This document shows, piece after piece, positions 1 to 13,100 of a stretch of 64,000 bases of DNA. This stretch comes from Botryllus schlosseri (Eukaryota). A model generated the notes under the pieces. It had not been told where the DNA came from, did no database searches, and worked only from the letters and a program-made list of their open reading frames with translations. The stretch covers positions 35,466,001-35,530,000 of the forward strand of contig CM119371.1 in NCBI GenBank assembly GCA_051294905.1. The letters run 5' to 3'. Positions within the stretch are counted from its first letter, which is position 1. Every line of letters begins with the position of its first letter. The translations under genes were made by a program, and so were the position numbers.

Positions 1-849
1 TAGACAAGTGCTCCACTTTTATTCACGTTCAGGAGTCGAGGCTTGTCCCAAAGCATAATCGAACCGAGTTTTAGCCAATTCTACCGTCTAGTTCGAGTCG
101 AATTTCATCTCTACTTTTCAGAGAAATTGCACGAGTATCATCACCTGGCCAACGTCTTTCGCAAAATTACACGTATAGCTCTCGGATTAAAGACGCCGAT
201 ATTTCTATCTTAGACAAGTGCTCCACTTTTAACCACGTTCAGGAGTCGAGGCTTGTCCCAAAGCATAATCGAACCTAATTCAAGCCAATTCTACCGTCTA
301 GTTCGAGTCGAATATCATCTCTACTTTTCAGAGAAATAGCGCGAGTATCATCACCTGGCTAACGTCTTTCGCAAAATTACACGTATAGCTCTCGGATTAA
401 AGACGCCGACATTTCTATCTTAGACAAGTGCTCCACTTTCAAAAACGTTCAGGATTCGAGGCTTGTCCCAAAGCATAATCGAACCGAATTTCAGCCAATT
501 CTACCGTTTAGTTCGAGTCGAATCTCATCTCTACTTTTCAGAGAAATTGCACGAGTATCATCACCTGGCCAACGTTTTTCGCAAAATTACACGTATAGCT
601 CTCGGATTAAAGACGCCGATATTTCTATCTTAGACAAGTGCTCCACTTTTAATCACGTTCAGGAGTCGAGGCTTAACCCAAAGCATATTCGAACTGAGTT
701 TTAGCCAATTCTACCGTCTAGTTCGAGTCGAATTTCATCTCTACTTTTCAGAGAAATTGCACGAGTATCATCACCTGGCCAACGTCTTTCGCAAAATTAC
801 ACGTATAGCTCTCGGAATAAAGACGCCAATATTTCTATCTTAGACAAGT

Positions 850-3800
850 GCTCCACTTTTAATCACGTTCAGGAGTCGAGGCTTGTCCCAAAGCATAATC
901 GAACCGAGTTTTAGCCAATTCTACCGTCTAGTTCGAGTCGAATTTCATCTCTACTTTTCAGAGAAATTGCACGAGTATCATCACCTGGCCAACGTCTTTC
1001 GCAAAATTACACGTATAGCTCTCGGATTAAAGACGCCGATATTTCTATCTTAGACAAGTGCTCCACTTTTAACCACGTTCAGGAGTCGAGGCTTGTCCCA
1101 AAGCATAATCGAACCTAATTTCAGCCAATTCTACCGTCTAGTTCGAGTCGAATATCATCTCTACTTTTCAGAGAAATAGCGCGAGTATCATCACCTGGCT
1201 AACGTCTTTCGCAAAATTACACGTATAGCTCTCGGATTAAAGACGCCGAAATTTCTATCTTAGACAAGTGCTCCACTTTTAACCACGTTCAGGAGTCGAA
1301 GCTTGTCCTAAAGCATAATCGAACCGAGTTTTAGCCAATTCTACCGTCTAGTTCGAGTCCAATTTCATCTCTACTTTTCAGAGAAATTGCACGAGTATCA
1401 TCACCCGGCCAACGTCTTTCGCAAAATTACACGTATAGCTCTCGGATGAAAGACGCCGATATTTCTTTTTTAGACAAGTGCTCCACTTTTAACCACGTTC
1501 AGGAGTCGAGGCTTGTCCCAAAGCATAATCGAACCGAGTTTTAGCCAATTCTACCGTCTAGTTCGAGTCGAATTTCATCTCTACTTTTCAGAGAAATTGC
1601 ACGAGTATCATCACCTGGCCAACGTCTTTCGCAAAATTACACGTATAGCTCTCGGAATGAAGACGCCGATATTTCTATCTTAGACAAGTGCTCCACTTTT
1701 TATCACGTTCAGAAGTCGAGGCTTGTCCCAAAGCATAATCGAACCGAGTTTTAGCCAATTCTACCGTCTAGTTCGAGTCAAATTTCATCCCTACTTTTCA
1801 GAGAAATTGCACGAGTATCATCACCTGGCCAACGTCTTTCGCAAAATTACACGTATAGCTCTCGGATTAAAGACGCCGATATTTCTATCTTAGACAAGTG
1901 CTCCACTTTTAATCACGTTCAGGAGTCGAGGCTTAACCCAAAGCATATTCGAACTGAGTTTTAGCCAATTCTACCGTCTAGTTCGAGTCGAATTTCATCT
2001 CTACTTTTCAGAGAAATTGCACGAGTATCATCACCTGGCCAGCGTCTTTCGCAAAATTACACGTATAGCTCTCGGATTAAAGACGCCGATATTTCTATCT
2101 TAGACAAGTGCTCCACTTTTAATCACGTTCAGGAGTCGAGGCTTGTCCCAAAGCATAATCGAACCTAATTTCAGCCAATTCTACCGTCTAGTTCGAGTCG
2201 AATATCATCTCTACTTTTCAGAGAAATAGCGCGAGTATCATCACCTGGCTAACGTCATTCGCAAAATTACACGTATAGCTCTCGGATTAAAGACGCCGAT
2301 ATTTCTATCTTAGACAAGTGCTTAACTTTTAACCACGTTCAGGAGTCGAAGCTTGTCCTAAAGCATAATCGAACCGAGTTTTAGCCAATTCTACCGTCTA
2401 GTTCGAGTCCAATTTCATCTCTACTTTTCAGAGAAATTGCACGAGTATCATCACCCGGCCAACGTCTTTCGCAAAATTACACGTATAGCTCTCGGATTAA
2501 AGACGCCGATATTTCTTTTTTAGACAAGTGCTCCACTTTTAACCACGTTCAGGAGTCGAGGCTTGTCCCAAAGCATAATCGAACCGAGTTTTAGCCAATT
2601 CTACCGTCTAGTTCGAGTCGAATTTCATCTCTACTTTTCAGAGAAATTGCACGAGTATCATCACCTGGCCAACGTCTTTCGCAAAATTACACGTATAGCT
2701 CTCGGAATAAAGACGCCGATATTTCTATCTTAGACAAGTGCTCCACTTTTTATCACGTTCAGAAGTCGAGGCTTGTCCCAAAGCATAATCGAACCGAGTT
2801 TTAGCCAATTCTACCGTCTAGTTCGAGTCAAATTTCATCCCTACTTTTCAGAGAAATTGCACGAGTATCATCACCTGGCCAACGTCTTTCGCAAAATTAC
2901 ACGTATAGCTCTCGGATTAAAGACGCCGATATTTCTATCTTAGACAAGTGCTCCACTTTTAATCACGTTCAGGAGTCGAGGCTTAACCCAAAGCATATTC
3001 GAACCAAGTTTTAGCCAATTCTACCGTCTAGTTCGAGTCGAATTCCATCTCTACTTTTCAGAGAAATTGCACGAGTATCATCACCTGGCCAACGTCTTTC
3101 GCAAAATTACACGTATAGCTCTCGGATTGAAGACGCCGATATTTCTATCTTAGACAAGTGCTCCACTTTTAATCACGTTCAGGAGTCGAGGCTTAACCCA
3201 AAGCATATTCGAACCGAGTTTTAGCCAATTCTACCGTCTAGTTCGAGTCGAATTTCATCTCTACTTTTCAGAGAAATTGCACGAGTATCATCACCTGGCC
3301 AACGTCTTTCGCAAAATTACACGTATAGCTCTCGGATTAAAGACGCCGATATTTCTTTTTTAGACAAGTGCTCCACTTTTAACCACGTTCAGGAGTCGAG
3401 GCTTGTCCCAAAGCATAATCGAACCGAGTTTTAGCCAATTCTACCGTCTAGTTCGAGTCGAATTTCATCTCTACTTTTCAGAGAAATTGCACGAGTATCA
3501 TCACCTGGCCAACGTCTTTCGCAAAATTACACGTATAGCTCTCGGATTAAAGACGCCGATATTTCTATCTTAGACAAGTGCTCCACTTTTAACCACGTTC
3601 AGGAGTCGAGGCTTGTCCCAAAGCATAATCGAACCTAATTTCAGCCAATTCTACCGTCTAGTTCGAGTCGAATATCATCTCTACTTTTCAGAGAAATAGC
3701 GCGAGTATCATCACCTAACTAACGTCTTTCGCAAAATTACACGTATAGCTCTCGGATTAAAGACGCCGATATTTCTATCTTAGACAAGTGCTCCACTTTT

Positions 3801-6800
3801 AACCACGTTCAGGAGTCGAAGCTTGTCCTAAAGCATAATCGAACCGAGTTTTAGCCAATTCTACCGTCTAGTTCGAGTCCAATTTCATCTCTACTTTTCA
3901 GAGAAATTGCACGAGTATCATCACCCGGCCAACGTCTTTCGCAAAATTACACGTATAGCTCTCGGATTAAAGACGCCGATATTTCTTTTTTAGACAAGTG
4001 CTCCACTTTTAACCACGTTCAGGAGTCGAGGCTTGTCCCAAAGCATAATCGAACCGAGTTTTAGCCAATTCTACCGTCTAGTTCGAGTCGAATTTCATCT
4101 CTACTTTTCAGAGAAATTGCACGAGTATCATCACCTGGCCAACGTCTTTCGCAAAATTACACGTATAGCTCTCGGATTAAAGACGCCGATATTTCTATCT
4201 TAGACAAGTGCTCCACTTTTAACCACGTTCAGGAGTCGAGGCTTGTCCCAAAGCATAATCGAACCTAATTTCAGCCAATTCTACCGTCTAGTTCGAGTCG
4301 AATATCATCTCTACTTTTCAGAGAAATAGCGCGAGTATCATCACCTGGCTAACGTCTTTCGCAAAATTACACGTATAGCTCTCGGATTAAAGACGCCGAA
4401 ATTTCTATCTTAGACAAGTGCTCCACTTTTAACCACGTTCAGGAGTCGAAGCTTGTCCTAAAGCATAATCGAACCGAGTTTTAGCCAATTCTACCGTCTA
4501 GTTCGAGTCCAATTTCATCTCTACTTTTCAGAGAAATTGCACGAGTATCATCACCCGGCCAACGTCTTTCGCAAAATTACACGTATAGCTCTCGGATTAA
4601 AGACGCCGATATTTCTTTTTTAGACAAGTGCTCCACTTTTAACCACGTTCAGGAGTCGAGGCTTGTCCCAAAGCATAATCGAACCGAGTTTTAGCCAATT
4701 CTACCGTCTAGTTCGAGTCGAATTTCATCTCTACTTTTCAGAGAAATTGCACGAGTATCATCACCTGGCCAACGTCTTTCGCAAAATTACACGTATAGCT
4801 CTCGGAATGAAGACGCCGATATTTCTATCTTAGACAAGTGCTCCACTTTTTATCACGTTCAGAAGTCGAGGCTTGTCCCAAAGCATAATCGAACCGAGTT
4901 TTAGCCAATTCTACCGTCTAGTTCGAGTCAAATTTCATCCCTACTTTTCAGAGAAATTGCACGAGTATCATCACCTGGCCAACGTCTTTCGCAAAATTAC
5001 ACGTATAGCTCTCGGATTAAAGACGCCGATATTTCTATCTTAGACAAGTGCTCCACTTTTAATCACGTTCAGGAGTCGAGGCTTAACCCAAAGCATATTC
5101 GAACTGAGTTTTAGCCAATTCTACCGTCTAGTTCGAGTCGAATTTCATCTCTACTTTTCAGAGAAATTGCACGAGTATCATCACCTGGTCAACGTCTTTC
5201 GCAAAATTACACGTATAGCTCTCGGATTAAAGACGCCGATATTTCTATCTTAGACAAGTGCTCCACTTTTAATCACGTTCAGGAGTCGAGGCTTGTCCCA
5301 AAGCATAATCGAACCTAATTTCAGCCAATTCTACCGTCTAGTTCGAGTCGAATATCATCTCTACTTTTCAGAGAAATAGCGCGAGTATCATCACCTGGCT
5401 AACGTCATTCGCAAAATTACACGTATAGCTCTCGGATTAAAGACGCCGATATTTCTATCTTAGACAAGTGCTCAACTTTTAACCACGTTCAGGAGTCGAA
5501 GCTTGTCCTAAAGCATAATCGAACCGAGTTTTAGCCAATTCTACCGTCTAGTTCGAGTCCAATTTCATCTCTACTTTTCAGAGAAATTGCACGAGTATCA
5601 TCACCCGGCCAACGTCTTTCGCAAAATTACACGTATAGCTCTCGGATTAAAGACGCCGATATTTCTTTTTTAGACAAGTGCTCCACTTTTAACCCCGTTC
5701 AGGAGTCGAGGCTTGTCCCAAAGCATAATCGAACCGAGTTTTAGCCAATTCTACCGTCTAGTTCGAGTCGAATTTCATCTCTACTTTTCAGAGAAATTGC
5801 ACGAGTATCATCACCTGGCCAACGTCTTTCGCAAAGTTACACGTATAGCTCTCGGAATAAAGACGCCGATATTTCTATCTTAGACAAGTGCTCCACTTTT
5901 TATCACGTTCAGAAGTCGAGGCTTGTCCCAAAGCATAATCGAACCGAGTTTTAGCCAATTCTACCGTCTAGTTCGAGTCAAATTTCATCCCTACTTTTCA
6001 GAGAAATTGCACGAGTATCATCACCTGGCCAACGTCTTTCGCAAAATTACACGTATAGCTCTCGGATTAAAGACGCCGATATTTCTATCTTAGACAAGTG
6101 CTCCACTTTTAATCACGTTCAGGAGTCGAGGCTTAACCCAAAGCATATTCGAACCGAGTTTTAGCCAATTCTACCGTCTAGTTCGAGTCGAATTTCATCT
6201 CTACTTTTCAGAGAAATTGCACGAGTATCATCACCTGGCCAACGTCTTTCGCAAAATTACACGTATAGCTCTCGGATTAAAGACGCCGATATTTCTAACT
6301 TAGACAAGTGCTCCACTTTTAATCACGTTCAGGAGTCGAGGCTTAACCCAAAGCATATTCGAACCGAGTTTTAGCCAATTCTACCGTCTAGTTCGAGTCG
6401 AATTTCATCTCTACTTTTCAGAGAAATTGCACGAGTATCATCACCTGGCCAACGTCTTTCGCAAAATTACACGTATAGCTCTCGGATTAAAGACGCCGAT
6501 ATTTCTTTTTTAGACAAGTGCTCCACTTTTAACCACGTTCAGGAGTCGAGGCTTGTCCCAAAGCATAATCGAACCGAGTTTTAGCCAATTCTACCGTCTA
6601 GTTCGAGTCGAATTTCATCTCTACTTTTCAGAGAAATTGCACGAGTATCATCACCTGGCCAACGTCTTTCGCAAAATTACACGTATAGCTCTCGGATTAA
6701 AGACGCCGATATTTCTATCTTAGACAAGTGCTCCAGTTTTAACCACGTTCAGGAGTCGAGGCTTGTCCCAAAGCATAATCGAACCTAATTTCAGCCAATT

Positions 6801-7150
6801 CTACCGTCTAGTTCGAGTCGAATATCATCTCTACTTTTCAGAGAAATAGCGCGAGTATCATCACCTGGCTAACGTCTTTCGCAAAATTACACGTATAGCT
6901 CTCGGATTAAAGACGCCGATATTTCTATCTTAGACAAGTGCTCCACTTTTAACCACGTTCAGGAGTCGAAGCTTGTCCTAAAGCATAATCGAACCGAGTT
7001 TTAGCCAATTCTACCGTCTAGTTCGAGTCCAATTTCATCTCTACTTTTCAGAGAAATTGCACGAGTATCATCACCCGGCCAACGTCTTTCGCAAAATTAC
7101 ACGTATAGCTCTCGGATTAAAGACGCCGATATTTCTTTTTTAGACAAGTG
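850..7150. repeat. 15-monomer (3150 bp) tandem duplication containing a nested 5-monomer (1050 bp) duplication; boundaries approximate
   Basis: Rare variants 3150 bp apart: agacgccgaa 1241/4391, ctcggaatga 1651/4801, gaactgag 1951/5101, aacgtcattc 2251/5401. Variants 1050 bp apart: tatcacgttcagaag 1701/2751 and 4851/5901. Confidence 0.85.
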
Positions 7151-10100
7151 TTCCACTTTTAACCACGTTCAGGAGTCGAGGCTTGTCCCAAAGCATGATC
7201 GAACCGAGTTTTAGCCAATTCTACCGTCTAGTTCGAGTCGAATTTCATCTCTACTTTTCAGAGAAATTGCACGAGTATCATCACCTGGCCAACGTCTTTC
7301 GCAAAATTACACGTATAGCTCTCGGAATAAAGACGCCGATATTTCTATCTTAGACAAGTGCTCCACTTTTCATCACGTTCAGAAGTCGAGCCTTGTCCCA
7401 AAGCATAATCGAACCGAGTTTTAGCCAATTCTACCGTCTAGTTCGAGTCAAATTTCATCCCTACTTTTCAGAGAAATTGCACGAGTATCATCACCTGGCC
7501 AACGTCTTTCGCAAAATTACACGTATAGCTCTCGGATTAAAGACGCCGATATTTCTATCTTAGACAAGTGCTCCACTTTTAATCACGTTCAGGAGTCGAG
7601 GCTGAACCCAAAGCATATTCGAACCGAGTTTTAGCCAATTCTACTGTCTAGTTCGAGTCGAATTTCATCTCTACTTTTCAGAGAAATTGCACGAGTATCA
7701 TCACCTGGCCAACGTCTTTCGCAAAATTACACGTATAGCTCTCGGATTAATGACGCCGATATTTTTATCTTAGACAAGTGCTCCACTTTTAATCACGTTC
7801 AAGAGTCGAGGCTTAACCCAAAGCATATTCGAACCGAGTTTTAGCCAATTCTACCGTCTAGTTCGAGTCGAATTTCATCTCTACTTTTCAGAGAAATTGC
7901 ACGAGTATCATCACCTGGCCAACGTCTTTCGCAAAATTACACGTATAGCTCTCGGATTAAAGACGCCGATATTTCTTTTTTAGACAAGTGCTCCACTTTT
8001 AACCACGTTCAGGAGTCGAGGCTTGTCTCAAAGCATAATCGAACCGAGTTTTAGCCAATTCTACCGTCTAGTTCGAGTCGAATTTCATCTCTACTTTTCA
8101 GAGAAATTGCACGAGTATCATCACCTGGCCAACGTCTTTCGCAAAATTACACGTATAGCTCTCGGATTAAAGACGCCGATATTTCTATCTTAGACAAGTG
8201 CTCCACTTTTAATCACGTTCAGGAGTCGAGGCTTGTCACAAAGCATAATCGAACCGAGTTTTAGCCAATTCTACCGTCTAGCTCGAGTCGAATCTCATCT
8301 CTACTTTTCAGAGAAATTGCACGAGTATCATCACCTGGCCAACGTCTGTCGCAAAATTACACGTATAGCTCTCGGATTGAAGACGCCGATATTTCTATCT
8401 TAGACAAGTGCTCCACTTTTAATCACGTTCAGGAGTCGAGGCTTGTCCCAAAGCATAATCGAACCGAGTTTTAGCCAATTCTACCGTCTAGTTCGAGTCT
8501 AATTTCATCTCTACTTTTCAGAGAAATTGCACGAGTATCATCACCTGGCCAACGTCTTTCGCAAAATTACACGTATAGCTCTCGGATTGAAGACGCCGAT
8601 ATTTCTATCTTAGACAAGTGCTCCACTTTAAACCACGTTCAGGAGTCGAGGCTTGTCCCAAAGCATAATCGAACCGAATTTCAGCCAATTCTACCGTCTA
8701 GTTCGAGTCGAATCTCATCTCTACTTTTCAGAGAAATAGCGCGAGTATCATCACCTGGCCAACGTCTTTCGCAAAATTACACGTATAGCTCTCGGATTAA
8801 AGACGCCGATATTTCTATCTTAGCCAAGTGCTCCACTTTTAATCACGTTCACGAGTCGAGGCTTGTCCCAAAGCATAATCGAACCGAGTTTTAGCCAATT
8901 CTACCGTCTAGTTCAAGTCGAATTTCATCTCTACTTTTCAGAGAAATTGCACGAGTATCATCACCTGGCCAACGTCTTTCGCAAAATTACACGTATAGCT
9001 TTCGGATTAAAGACGCCGATATTTCTATCTTAGACAAGTGCTCCACTAATCACGTTCAGGAGTCGAGGCTTGTCCCAAAGCATAATCGAACCGAGTTTTA
9101 GCCAATTCTACCGTCTAGTTTGAGTCGAATTTCATCTCTACTTTTCAGAGAAATTGCACGAGTATCATCACCTGGCCAACGTCTTTCGCAAAATTACACG
9201 TATAGCTCTCGGATTAAAGACGCCGATATTTCTATCTTAGACAAGTGCTCCACTTTTAACCACGTTCAGGAGTCGAGGCTTGTCCCAAAGCATAATCGAA
9301 CCTAATTCAAGCCAATTCTACCGTCTAGTTCGAGTCGAATATCATCTCTACTTTTCAGAGAAATAGCGCGAGTATCATCACCTGGCTAACGTCTTTCGCA
9401 AAATTACACGTATAGCTCTCGGATTAAAGACGCCGACATTTCTATCTTAGACAAGTGCTCCACTTTCAACCACGTTCAGGATTCGAGGCTTGTCCCAAAG
9501 CATAATCGAACCGAATTTCAGCCAATTCTACCGTCTAGTTCGAGTCGAATCTCATCTCTACTTTTCAGAGAAATTGCACGAGTATCATCACCTGGCCAAC
9601 GTCTTTCGCAAAATTACACGTATAGCTCTCGGATTAAAGACGCCGATATTTCTATCTTAGACAAGTGCTACACTTTTAATCACGTTCAGGAGTCGAGGCT
9701 TGTCCCAAAGCATAATCGAACCGAGTTTTAGCCAATTCTACCGTCTAGTTCGAGTCGAATTTCATCTCTACTTTTCAGAGAAATAGCGCGAGTATCATCA
9801 CCTGGCCAACGGCTTTCGCAAAATTACACGTATAGCTCTCGGATTAAAGTCGCCGATATTTCTATCTTAGCCAAGTGCTCCACTTTTAATCACGTTCACG
9901 AGTCGAGGCTTGTCCCAAAGCATAATCGAACCGAGTTTTAGCCAATTCTACCGTCTAGTTCGAGTCGAATTTCATCTCTACTTTTCAGAGAAATTGCACG
10001 AGTATCATCACCTGGCCAACGTCTTTCGCAAAATTACACGTATAGCTCTCGGATTAAAGACGCCGATATTTCCATCTTAGACAAGTGCTCCACTTTTAAT

Positions 10101-13100
10101 CACGTTCAGGAGTCGAGGCTTGTCCCAAAGCATAATCGAACCGAGTTTAAGCCAATTCTACCGTCTAGTTCGAGTCGAATTTCATCTCTACTTTTCAGAG
10201 AAATTGCACGAGTATCATCACCTGGCCAACGTCTGTCGCAAAATTACACGTATAGCTCTCGGATTGAAGACGCCGATATTTCTATCTTAGACAAGTGCTC
10301 CACTTTTAATCACGTTCAGGAGTCGAGGCTTGTCCCAAAGCATAATCGAACCGAGTTTTAGCCAATTCTACCGTCTAGTTCGAGTCGAATTTCATCTCTA
10401 CTTTTCAGAGAAATTGCACGAGTATCATCACCTGGCCAACGTCTTTCGCAAAATTACACGTATAGCTTTCGGATTAAAGACGCCGATATTTCTATCTTAG
10501 ACAAGTGCTCCACTTTTAATCACGTTCAGGAGTCGAGGCTTGTCCCAAAGCATAATCGAACCGAGTTTTAGCCAATTCTACCGTCTAGTTCGAGTCGAAT
10601 TTCATCTCTACTTTTCAGAGAAATTGCACGAGTATCATCACCTGGCCAACGTCTTTCGCAAAATTACACGTATAGCTCTCGGATTAAAGACGCCAATATT
10701 TCTATCTTAGACAAGTGCTCCACTTTTAACCACGTTCAGGAGTCGAGGCTTGTCCCAAAGCATAATCGAACCTAATTTAAGCCAATTCTACCGTCTAGTT
10801 CGAGTCGAATATCATCTCTACTTTTCAGAGAAATAGCGCGAGTATCATCACCTGGCTAACGTCTTTCGCAAAATCACACGTATAGCTCTCGGAATAAAGA
10901 CGCCGACATTTCTATCTTAGACAAGTGTTCCACTTTTAACCACGTTCAGGATTCGAGGCTTGTCCCAAAGCATAATCGAACCGAATTTCAGCCAATTCTA
11001 CCGTCTAGTTCGAGTCGAATCTCATCTCTACTTTTCAGAGAAATTGCACGAGTATCATCACCTGGCCAACGTTTTTCGCAAAATTACACGTATAGCTCTC
11101 GGATTAAAGACGCCGATATTTCTATCTTAGACAAGTGCTCCACTTTTAATCACGTTCAGGAGTCGAGGCTTAACCCAAAGCATATTCGAACCGAGTTTTA
11201 GCCAATTCTACCGTCTAGTTCGAGTCGAATTTCATCTCTACTTTTCAGAGAAATTGCACGAGTATCATCACCTGGCCAACGTCTTTCGCAAAATTACACG
11301 TATAGCTCTCGGATTAAAGACGCCGATATTTCTTTTTTAGACAAGTGCTCCACTTTTAACCACGTTCAGGAGTCGAGGCTTGTCTCAAAGCATAATCGAA
11401 CCGAGTTTTAGCCAATTCTACCGTCTAGTTCGAGTCGAATTTCATCTCTACTTTTCAGAGAAATTGCACGAGTATCATCACCTGGCCAACGTCTTTCGCA
11501 AAATTACACGAATAGCTCTCGGATTAAAGACGCCGATATTTCTATCTTAGACAAGTGCTCCACTTTTAACCACGTTCAGGAGTCGAGGCTTGTCCCAAAG
11601 CATAATCGAACCTAATTTCAGCCAATTCTACCGTTTAGTTCGAGTCGAATATCATCTCTACTTTTCAGAGAAATAGCGCGAGTATCATCACCTGGCTAAC
11701 GTCTTTCGCAAAATTACACGTATAGCTCTCGGATTAAAGACGCCGATATTTCTATCTTAGACAAGTGCTCCACTTTTAACCACGTTCAGGAGTCGAAGCT
11801 TGTCCTAAAGCATAATCGAACCGAGTTTTAGCCAATTCTACCGTCTAGTTCGAGTCCAATTTCATCTCTACTTTTAAGAGAAATTTTACGAGTATCATCA
11901 CCCGGCCAACGTCTTTCGCAAAATTACACGTATAGCTCTCGGATTAAAGACGCCGATATTTCTTTTTTAGACAAGTGCTCCACTTTTAACCACGTTCAGG
12001 AGTCGAGGCTTGTCCCAAAGCATAATCGAACCGAGTTTTAGCCAATTCTACCGTCTAGTTCGAGTCGAATTTCATCTCTACTTTTCAGAGAAATTGCACG
12101 AGTATCATCACCTGGCCAACGTCTTTCGCAAAATTACACGTATAGCTCTCGGAATAAAGACGCCGATATTTCTATCTTAGACAAGTGCTCCACTTTTTAT
12201 CACGTTCAGAAGTCGAGGCTTGTCCCAAAGCATAATCGAACCGAGTTTTAGCCAATTCTACCGTCTAGTTCGAGTCGAATTTTATCCCTACTTTTCAGAG
12301 AAATTGCACGAGTATCATCACCTGGCCAACGTCTTTCGCAAAATTACACGTATAGCTCTCGGATTAAAGACGCCGATATTTCTATCTTATACAAGTGCTC
12401 CACTTTTAATCACGTTCAGGAGTCGAGGCTTAACCCAAAGCATATTCGAACCGAGTTTTAGCCAATTCTACCGTCTAGTTCGAGTCGAATTTTATCTCTA
12501 CTTTTCAGAGAAATTGCACGAGTATCATCACCTGGCCAACGTCTTTCGCAAAATTACACGTATAGCTCTCGGATTAAAGACGCCGATATTTCTATTTTAG
12601 ACAAGTGCTCCACTTTTAATCACGTTCAGGAGTCGAGGCTTAACCCAAAGCATATTCGAACCGAGTTTTAGCCAATTCTACCGTCTAGTTCGAGTCGAAT
12701 TTCATCTCTACTTTTCAGAGAAATTGCACGAGTATCATCACCTGGCCAACGTCTTTCGCAAAATTACACGTATAGCTCTCGGATTAAAGACGCCGATATT
12801 TCTTTTTTAGACAAGTGCTCCACTTTTACCCACGTTCAGGAGTCGAGGCTTGTCCCAAAGCATAATCGAACCGAGTTTTAGCCAATTCTACCGTCTAGTT
12901 CGAGTCGAATTTCATCTCTACTTTTCAGAGAAATTGCACGAGTATCATCACCTGGCCAACGTCTTTCGCAAAATTACACGTATAGCTCTCGGATTAAAGA
13001 CGCCGATATTTCTATCTTAGACAAGTGCTCCACTTTTAATCACGTTCAGGAGTCGAGGCTTGTCACAAAGCATAATCGAACCGAATTTTAGCCAATTCTA

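Noticed and set aside
60..130. tRNA, 5S rRNA or snRNA tandem gene array
   Set aside because: No cloverleaf, correctly spaced A/B boxes or recognisable 5S/snRNA sequence in the monomer.
85..165. Hammerhead ribozyme on the minus strand of the satellite (GTGATGA...GAAA-TTCGACTCGAA)
   Set aside because: The core is GUGAUGA rather than CUGANGA, stems I and II do not form convincingly, and the UH cleavage site is not correctly placed. An Infernal search against Rfam hammerhead models would settle it.
158..175. CENP-B box (TTCGNNNNANNCGGG)
   Set aside because: TTCGCAAAA matches only the first half. CGGG is missing there and at the other TTCG sites on either strand.
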